Assembly (NCBI GenBank): GCA_963771175.1
Contig: CAVYSY010000001.1
Location: forward strand, 128,001 to 192,000
DNA: 64,000 nt
Reading direction: 5' to 3'
From: an uncultured delta proteobacterium
GTDB lineage: Bacteria > Myxococcota > Myxococcia > Myxococcales > Myxococcaceae
Numbering within the stretch: the stretch's first letter is position 1; the number at the start of each line of letters is the position of its first letter. The notes under the pieces are model-generated. The model was not told the origin of the DNA. It was given only the letters and a program-made list of their open reading frames with translations, and made no database searches. Position numbers and translations under genes: made by a program. Shown piece by piece: positions 56,801 to 64,000 of this stretch.

Positions 56801-59800
56801 GCGTCGGCCAGCATGCGACGGGAGCGCGCCACCGGGGCCTCGGGCTCGAGGGGCAAGTAGGCCGCGCCGGCCTCGAGTACTCCCAACAGCGCCACCACCA
56901 GATCGGCGCTCCGCTCAAGGCAGACGCCCACCACCTGCTCGGGTCCCGCGCCCAACGACCGGAGTCGGCGAGCGAGGTGGCACGCCCGGCGGCGCAGCGT
57001 CAGGTAGTCGAGCGTCTCGCCTCGACACACCAGTGCCACGGCGCGCGGCGTCTTTCGCGCTTGCTCGGCGATCCAGGCCTGCACGGTGGCCGGGGTCTGC
57101 CGCTGTGCCTCGGTGGCGTTCCACGCCTCGAGCTGGGCGCGGCGCTCTTCAGGGGAGAGGAGCGGCGCCTCGAGCACCGGCCGGGACGGCTCGGCCACCA
57201 GCGCCTCGACGAGGGTGACGAAGTGCCGTGCGAGGGTTCGCACGAAGGCCTCGTCGAAGAGGTCCACGCAGAAGTCGAAGGACGCGCGGAGCACGCCGTC
57301 GACCACCCCGGCGGTGAGGGGAATGTCGAACTGGGCGCGGCGCTGGGCGAGGGGCACCGACTCGAGGGTGAAGCCGGCCCATGGCAGCCGGACGTCCGGC
57401 ATGTTCATCGCGAAGCCGGTGAGGGCGTCGCCGTCGGGCCCCGTCCCCTTCTGGAAGACGAACATCGTCTGGAACAGCGGCGGGCGCGACGCGTCTCGCC
57501 GGGGCCTGAGGCGGGCCACCAGGCTGGTGAAGGGGTAGTCCTGGTGCGCCAGGGCACCCAGCACCTGCGCCCGGGTGGCAGCGAGGAAGTCAGTGAAGGA
57601 TTGCCCGGGGCCGAGGCGGCTGCGCAGGGCGATGGGGTTGGCGAAGTAGCCGGGCACGTCCCCGGTGCCGGCATGGCGCCGCCCGGTGGCCACGCTGCCC
57701 ACCACCAGGTCGTCCTGCCCCGTGTAGCGGTGGAGGAGCGTCTGGTAGGCCGCGAGGAGCACCATGAAGGGGCTGGCATGGTGGGCCTGGGCAAAGGCCC
57801 TGAGTCGAGCAGTGAAGGCGGGCTCGAAGGCCATGTCCACGACCGCGCCGCGGGTGGACTGCACCGCGGGCCGCGGGCGGGCGGTGGGGAGCTCGAGCAC
57901 CGGCAACTCGCCGGAGAGCTGGGACTCCCACCACCGGGCCTGGCGTTCACCCTCGGCGCCGGCGAGGAGCCGGCCCTCGGCCTCGACGTGGTCCTGGAAG
58001 TCAGCCTTCACCGCGGACAGGCCGGAGGGGCGACCGGTCGCCTCGGCGACGTAGAGCGCGCCGAGCTCCTTGAGCAGGAGGCCCTGGGACCAGAAGTCGG
58101 TCACTATGTGGTGCAGCGTCACCACCACCACGTGGCTCCCGTCGCCTGGGTCGAGCACTCGCATCCGCGCCGGGGGCTCGGCATCGAGGGCGAAGGGCCG
58201 CTCGGCCTCGGCATCGGCCTGGGCGTCCAGCTCGCTGGGAGCGACAGGCTCGACCGCGAAGGGGATCGTCTCGGCGGGGCCCACGCACTGGATCGGCACG
58301 CCGTCAACCGAGGGGAACCGACTGCGCAAGAGTGGATGCCGCGCGGCGAGGGCACGGAAGGCGCGCTCGAGGGCGCGCACGTCGAGGTCTCCCCGCACTC
58401 GGAACGCCGCCGGCACGTGGTAGCTCGTGCTCCGGGGATCGAGCTGGTGGAGGAGCCACAGCGCCCGCTGCCCCTCGGAGAGCGGCCAGTCTCGCGCCGT
58501 CCAGTCGCGCCCGCTCGTCGCGGTGGCGCCGGCGGCCTTGGCGGCGGCGCGGCGGCCGAGGTCCTTGAGTGGCGTGGAGCCGAAGAAGTCCTCGAGGGGG
58601 ACGGTGAGCCCGTAGGTCGCCTCGAGCTCATGGCCGAGCTCGACGAGCTGCAGGGAGTCGAGGGCGAAGCTGCCCACCGGCGCGTCGAGATCAATCGAGG
58701 CGGGGGCGACGCCTAGCCGCGCGGCGATCGCCGTCTGGAGCCACTCGCCGAACTCGCGGCGGGGGGCCGGCGGAGCAACCGGCGCCGGCTCGCGACCCAC
58801 GACCTCGAGCTCGCCGGCGAGGTAGGCGGCCCGGCACGCCCCGCGTTGGATCTTCCCGCTCGACGTCTTGGGGATGGACCGGGGGGCGATGCAGCACCAC
58901 CTCGTGGGTCTGCACTTCGTGCTCGCGGGCGATGGCCCGCTTCACCGCGTCGATGACCGCCGGCGCGTCGAGGCCGTCGGATGACACCACCTCGTGCACC
59001 ACCACCAGGCGCTCCTCGCCGTCGACCTCGAGGGCGAAGGCGGCGCCACACCCGGGCCGTAACCCGGGGTGGCTCTCCTCGGCGGTGAGCTCGAAATCCT
59101 GCGGGTAGTGGTTGCGCCCGCGGATGATGAGCATGTCCTTGATGCGGCCCGCGACGAAGAGCTGCCCCTCGTCGATGAAGCCCAAGTCTCCGGTGCGCAG
59201 GAAGGGCCCTTCGCCGGAGGTGGTGGTGGCGCGGAACGTCTCGGTGCTCACCTCCGGTCGGCCCCAGTAGCCCTTGGCGACACTGTCGCCCCGCACCCAG
59301 ATCTCCCCCACCGCCTCGGGCGGCAGCTCGGCTCGGGTGGAGGGGTCCACCACCTTCACCAGGCTGGCGTCGCCGCAGGCCACCAGGCGGCGAGCGACGG
59401 AGTCTTGCGAGCGCTGGACCCGGCGCTGCTCCAGGGCCTTGGGATCGAAGCCCCGCGCCCGCGGCTCGGGTTTGCCTCCGCTCGCCAGCAGGGTCGCCTC
59501 GGCCAGGCCGTAGCAGGGGACGAAGGCATCGCGGCTGAAGCCCGAGACGGCGAAGGCGTCGGCGAAGCGGTCGAGGGTCTCGGGGCGGATCGGCTCAGCG
59601 CCGTTGAAGGCCACCGTCCAGCGGCTCAGGTCGAGGGTGCGGCGCACCTCGGGGGGGATCTTCCGCACGCAGAGGTCGAACCCGAAGTTGGGGCCACCGC
59701 TCACCGTGCCACCGAAGTCCGAGATGGCCTTGAGCCACCGGAGCGGCTCCTTGAGGAACTCGAGGGGCGAGAGCAGCACGCAATGGGTGCCCAGCCACAT

Positions 59801-60473
59801 CGGGTGGAGCACGTTCCCGATGAGGCCCATGTCGTGGTACAGCGGCAGCCACCCCACCACCTTGGAGTCGGGCCGCGTGCCGAAGGCGCGCTGGATGAGG
59901 CTCTGGTTGTGGAGGAGGTTGCGGTGCGACACCATCACGCCCTTGGGGCTGGCGGTGGAGCCCGAGGTGTACTGGAGGAAGGCAATGGCCTCGGCGTCCA
60001 GCGCGGGGGGCGTCCAACGCTCGGTCCAGCTGCCGTCCAGGGTATCGGTGGCCAACCACCGCAGTGGGCGGTGATCAGCCATGAGCTGCTCGCCCACGGC
60101 ACAGACGGCCTCGGTCGCCAGCGCATGGGCCGGCTCGGCGTCCTCGATGATGGACAAGAAGCGGGTGAGCGGCCGGTCGAGGCGAGGCGGGTAGACCGGC
60201 ACCGCCACCGCTCCGGCGTAGAGGCAGCCGAAGAAGCCCGCCACGTAGTCGAGACCGGGTGGGTAGAGCAGGAGCACCCGCTCGCCCGAGGCGCCCTGGG
60301 CCATGAGCCTCGCGCCGATGTCTCGGGCCTGGGCATCGAGCGCCTGGTAGGTGAGGTTCACCTCACCCTCACCACCGTCGAGGAGAAATGTGTAGGCCGT
60401 GGCCTGGGGGTCGGTCGGCTGCGCGGGAGCGGAGCAGTTCGACCAGGGTCTGGGCGTGAAGATCTGAGCTCAT
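50848..60473 (-). CDS. Hybrid FAAL-ACP-C-A-PCP-KS-AT-KR-ACP synthetase; apparent frameshifts near 60408 and 58891
   Basis: FAAL (QYTSGST..PKG, WLPLYHDMGLIG, CYGLAEATL, PKTSSGKIQR after frame repair), ACP LDSL, C HHIVTDFWS, A FTSGSSGEPKG, PCP GGHSL, KS, AT GHSLGE/HAFHS (malonyl type), KR GGLGGIG/YVAAN, ACP GGTSI. ATG 60473 overlaps the upstream stop. Confidence 0.9.
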
Positions 60474-62920
60474 GGTGTGCAGGAGTCGAGCGTTCCGGCG
60501 AGGCGGGTGGTGGGCAGGCGCGACGCCGCGGCATCCATCATGGCGCAGCCGCGGCCGTCGATTTCCGAGGGCGAGAGGGCGACGAGTGGCTCGGTGCGGG
60601 GTGCTCCCGCTGGGCCCCAGGTGAGGTTGAACTTCACCGCCACGGTGAGGGCGTCGAGCCAGGGGCGCCCGCCGAGCAAGTCCACCTGCTTGTCCACCAC
60701 CAGGGAGACGTTGGCGGCGTAGGTGGCCGGCATGTTCCAGTTCGCCAGGAGGCTCGCCCGCACGGTGTTCTCCGAGGCGTATTGGAAGGTGAGCCGCGAA
60801 GTGATGGTGGGCGACAACGCCCCGTTGGCGACCACCGAGACGATGTGCGAGGTGAAGTCGGCCAGAGGGAGCCAGACCTGCTCGCGATCGTAGATGGCCT
60901 GTACCCCCAGGTTGGGCAGGGGCCGGGCGAAGAGGTTGAAGCGAGTCCGGAAGCGCCTGCCGTTGTAGAACCGCCCTCCGTCGAGCCAGAGGATGCCGGC
61001 GTAGGGCCGCGACAGATCGGTGCCAAAGCCGAAGAAGAGGTTGCGGTAGTGGTAGGTGCCGGTGGGGATGACCAGGTCTGTCCGGCTCTCGTCTCCGGTA
61101 ATGGCGAAGGGCTCGTTGAGCTTCTCCACCTGGTCCACCGTGGGGATGATGGCAAAGGCGTAGCCGTTGTTGAAGATCACCAGCGTCTCGGCCTTGTTCT
61201 TCATCGTCTGACGCGACCAGTCGCGGTCCATCACGAGGTTGAAGTCGTAGATGAGGCTCGCCTGTTTGATGCCCCAGAAGCCCGGGCGCGCCGTGAGGAT
61301 TGGCACCACCTGCGCCTTGCGGATGCTCGGCCGCGTCAGGTAGCCCATGTCCGGGCGGAAGTTCTGGCCGATATCCGTGTAGAGCGCGTGCAGCGAGAGG
61401 TGCTGCGTCTGCAGTACCGCGTCGACCGAGCCGGCGAGGTCGCCGCCGGGCCCCTGAATGGGCCGGTCGGTGGGCCCCACGTCATGGGTGAACGTCTTCG
61501 CCAGGTAGCCGCCGAAGCGCAGGTAATCGGTCACCACCAGGTTGCCGTCGACCCCCACCCCGCGGTTGAAGGCGCCGTCTTTGCCCTGCTTGTTGAGGCC
61601 CATGAGGCCCAGGCTCGAGCTGTTGGGGAAGTCGTAGCGCAGCCTCATGACGGTGTAGTTCTCGAGCGGCACCTGGATGGTCGTCTCGGGGTCGTCGACC
61701 TTGGGTGTGGTGAGGTTGAGCAGGCCGACGTTGAGCTCGCCCACCTTCCCGGTGATGCGGGCTCCGCCGATGACCGGGATGGTGGCCTGGCCGCCCTTGG
61801 CGAGGCCGATCTGGCGGCTCTGGAAGAAGATGAACTGCTCCAGCGTCTCGTTGGACGTGTCGACGACTCGATCGCCGAAGTAGAAGAGGCTGGCGCCCTC
61901 CTTGAAGAACTCGCGCTTCTCGGGGAGCAGCAGCGGGAAGCGCGTGAGGTTGAGTTGCTGCTCGTCGGCCTCGGCGTCGGCGAAGTCGGGGTAGACGGTG
62001 AGGTCGGCGGTGAGGCTGGAGGTGATGGGGATCTTCACGTCGATCCCGAACCGGACCATGGGAGACGGCTTGCCCGCGCCGCGCCTGGTGGCGCCGGTGA
62101 AGACGTATGGGCGGGCGTCGAAGAGGTGCCGGCGCTCGATGGCCGAGAATCCGGAGAGCTCGGCGTAGTTGGCCACCTTGTATCGGGAAGACCACAGCCC
62201 CCGGCTGTGGGGCATCGGCTTCCAGTACGAGACCTCGTGGTCCGCCGCCACGAACCGGCCGAAGTTGGCGCCGAACACCGGCTCGGACGTGTCCTTGAAG
62301 CGCAGTGTGGCGAAGGGAATGGAGAACTCGGCGGTCCACCCCCGCTCGTCCCGGGTGGTGGCGACTGCCCAGAACGCGTCGTCCCAGTCGTAGCGGAGGT
62401 CCTCCCCGTTGTCCCGAATGGTGCCATCCACCCGCACGCCGAACGGGTTGGTGCGAAAGAGGAAGGCGTTCTGGCGATCCTGGAAGGTGTCGAGGGCGAG
62501 CTCGACGTGGTCCTCGTAGCTGAGGTCGGCGTCGTGGTTCATCGACAGCGCCACCATCGACGACGGGCCGGCCCACTCGCACCGAAAGGCGACGTAGAGG
62601 GCGTGGGCGTTGTAGCCCACCCGCACTTCGGTGCGCCGCGTCGCCGGCGCTCCGTCGGACGGCTCGGTCTGCACGAAGTCGCCCAGCACCGGGGCCTCCG
62701 ACCACGCGGCGTCGTCGAGCTGCCCGTCGATGACCGGGGCGGACTTCAGGCGAGGGACGTGCAGGCGGAACTGCTCCGCCGCCGATACCTCCACGCCGGC
62801 TGGGGCGCTGGGTGCTTCCTCAGCCGCCTGGGCAGGACGAAAGGCCCCAGTGACGAGCACGAGGACCAAGAGAATGGTGAGTCGGGGCGTCCGCTGGGCG
62901 CTCGGCTGAACGAGGTTCAT
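60470..62920 (-). CDS. CBM9-like + DUF5916-like outer-membrane protein
   Basis: Signal peptide; PVIDGQLDDAAW, DTFQD..NAFLFRTNPFG, GWTAEFSIPFATLRF and PDF...EAD...LNLTRF.L..PEKREFF.EG motifs; C-terminal beta-strand pattern. Confidence 0.8.
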   Translation of the reverse strand: MNLVQPSAQRTPRLTILLVLVLVTGAFRPAQAAEEAPSAPAGVEVSAAEQFRLHVPRLKSAPVIDGQLDDAAWSEAPVLGDFVQTEPSDGAPATRRTEVRVGYNAHALYVAFRCEWAGPSSMVALSMNHDADLSYEDHVELALDTFQDRQNAFLFRTNPFGVRVDGTIRDNGEDLRYDWDDAFWAVATTRDERGWTAEFSIPFATLRFKDTSEPVFGANFGRFVAADHEVSYWKPMPHSRGLWSSRYKVANYAELSGFSAIERRHLFDARPYVFTGATRRGAGKPSPMVRFGIDVKIPITSSLTADLTVYPDFADAEADEQQLNLTRFPLLLPEKREFFKEGASLFYFGDRVVDTSNETLEQFIFFQSRQIGLAKGGQATIPVIGGARITGKVGELNVGLLNLTTPKVDDPETTIQVPLENYTVMRLRYDFPNSSSLGLMGLNKQGKDGAFNRGVGVDGNLVVTDYLRFGGYLAKTFTHDVGPTDRPIQGPGGDLAGSVDAVLQTQHLSLHALYTDIGQNFRPDMGYLTRPSIRKAQVVPILTARPGFWGIKQASLIYDFNLVMDRDWSRQTMKNKAETLVIFNNGYAFAIIPTVDQVEKLNEPFAITGDESRTDLVIPTGTYHYRNLFFGFGTDLSRPYAGILWLDGGRFYNGRRFRTRFNLFARPLPNLGVQAIYDREQVWLPLADFTSHIVSVVANGALSPTITSRLTFQYASENTVRASLLANWNMPATYAANVSLVVDKQVDLLGGRPWLDALTVAVKFNLTWGPAGAPRTEPLVALSPSEIDGRGCAMMDAAASRLPTTRLAGTLDSCTP

Positions 62921-63277
62921 GTCTCTGCGCCATCGGGGGGGGTGGCACACCAGGTCGTGATGATCCGATAGATGCTTAACAGTAGAGCAAAACCGGCGCG
63001 ACTGGACAAACGTTAAAAGCAGGGAATGCCCTTCGGCGGGGTGAGGCCCGGGGCCCAGCCCCGCGTCGAGGATCTGGCCTCTGTGCGCTGGCCTCAAGGC
63101 ATCTTGGCTGTGTACGCGCCACCGAAGGTGGGGGCAGACACGCGCGCGGTTCTCAAGCGCCTGCGCCGGGTTCTTGGGCCAGGGGTTTCGGGTAACTGAC
63201 ATGGCCGACGTCATGGCGCACCCTACGAAGTCCGCGCAGCGGCTCCCTAAGAGATAGGGCTGCTTTCGGCCTTGCCG

Positions 63278-63301
63278 TGTTGGGTGATTTGTTGGGTAAT
63301 T
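63278..63301. repeat. Tandem 12-bp direct repeat, possible integrase arm-type sites
   Basis: TGTTGGGTGATT / TGTTGGGTAATT about 100 bp inside the right att site. Confidence 0.4.
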
Positions 63302-63397
63302 CAAGCCGCCACCGGCGACCAAGCATGGCCAAAAGAGGCCAGATTTCGCAGTGGTTCCAGTTGGTTACGATGGAAGCCCTGGAGGTCCCACTCATTC

Positions 63398-63440
63398 CGT
63401 AATCAGTAGGTCTCCGGTTCAAATCCGGATGTCGGCTCCA
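63398..63440 (+). repeat. 43-bp att direct repeat, right copy (tRNA-Thr 3' fragment)
   Basis: Identical to 29753-29795; the 5' half of the tRNA is absent. Confidence 0.95.
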
Positions 63441-63441
63441 T

Positions 63442-63488
63442 AAACGGGTCGCCAAGCAAGAAGGTGCTTGGCGGCCCGTTTCCTTTTG
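63442..63488 (+). terminator. Rho-independent terminator after the tRNA fragment
   Basis: AAACGGGTCGCCAAGCA / TGCTTGGCGGCCCGTTT stem followed by CCTTTTG. Confidence 0.75.
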
Positions 63489-63523
63489 TGGGCCGCTGAG
63501 GGTGCTTCGAGCGGAGGTGGAAC

Positions 63524-64000
63524 TCAGGCGTCGCCTTCGTCGACGATCGCCTGGGTGGCGGCCTCCAGCCAGCGACGGGTAGAGGCGAGGCGCGCCCCGG
63601 CGAGTGGCTGGATGGGCAGCAGCCTCCAACTGGTGAGAAAGCCGCTCCAGAGAATGTTGAGCCGCGCCGCACGCCCCTCGCCGTCCGGTGGTCCCAGCCA
63701 CCTGGCCAACGGTGCGATCACCTTCGTCTGGAGAAATTCGACGCTCGCCGCGTGCGCCTCGGGGTCGGACGCCGAGAGGATCATCATCATCAGCGGGCCC
63801 GATGCGTTCGGCTCGTCGAAGAAGACCGCCACCATGTCCACTCCGAAGCGGCGCCGATCTCCTTGGAGCATCGGGGAGATGTCGATCTCCTCCAACGTCG
63901 CCCGGAACAGCCCCTGCTTCGAGCCGAAGTAGCGGCCGACGAGCGCGGAATTCACTCCAGCGAGCTCCGCCACCTCGCGCACGCCCGTGTGGGCGAAGCC
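63524..64000 (-). CDS. TetR-family transcriptional regulator, 5'-truncated by the window
   Basis: [35 protein letters not shown] signature. Confidence 0.88.
   Translation of the reverse strand, partial: GFAHTGVREVAELAGVNSALVGRYFGSKQGLFRATLEEIDISPMLQGDRRRFGVDMVAVFFDEPNASGPLMMMILSASDPEAHAASVEFLQTKVIAPLARWLGPPDGEGRAARLNILWSGFLTSWRLLPIQPLAGARLASTRRWLEAATQAIVDEGDA

Noticed and set aside
58691..60361. FAAL as a separate gene
   Set aside because: Removing one base near 58891 restores PKTSSGKIQR and fuses it in frame to the ACP-C-A protein; the true start is at 60473.
59069..62971. Very long plus-strand ORFs opposite the cluster (1300 aa here; also 54943-58716, 41027-44425, 32384-34960)
   Set aside because: Antisense shadow frames expected in high-GC3 DNA; no recognisable motifs, and the minus strand encodes clear domains.
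62921..63397. Integrase or transposase remnant at the island end
   Set aside because: No tyrosine or serine recombinase or DDE motifs were recognisable in the translated frames.
63398..63440. Second tRNA gene
   Set aside because: Only the 3' 43 nt are present, with no 5' acceptor strand or D-arm; it is an att remnant.

Overview
High-GC DNA, most likely from a myxobacterium (Myxococcales; inferred from gene content). (1) 1-10.6 kb: spore-coat polysaccharide locus matching the Myxococcus exoB-exoI order, split between exoF and exoG by an opposite-strand FAD monooxygenase. (2) 10.6-16.8 kb: accessory module with a pseudokinase/class III cyclase/TM/TPR protein divergent from a B12-dependent RiPP-type radical SAM enzyme and a small candidate precursor. 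(3) 16.8-29.8 kb: mostly core genes (ccmH and a CcmI-like gene, XRE regulator plus Ser/Thr kinase, NUDIX, ftsH, grpE, HtrA-type protease, PilZ protein, Glu/Leu/Phe/Val dehydrogenase). Many carry single-base frameshifts that look like sequencing errors. (4) tRNA-Thr(CGT) at 29720-29795, whose last 43 bp recur exactly at 63398-63440. The two copies bound a ~33.6 kb island with no visible integrase, filled by one translationally coupled minus-strand operon: DUF5916-like outer-membrane protein, FAAL-NRPS-PKS hybrid (KS Cys->Ser, A domain lacking the conserved Asp), KS-AT(degenerate)-ACP PKS, three-module NRPS (predicted D-Asn, Ala, Val; tandem C-C), stand-alone TE, penicillin-acylase-family Ntn hydrolase, MbtH, TEII and MFS exporter. 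(5) A partial TetR regulator at the right edge. All family calls come from motif recognition by eye; no database searches were run.
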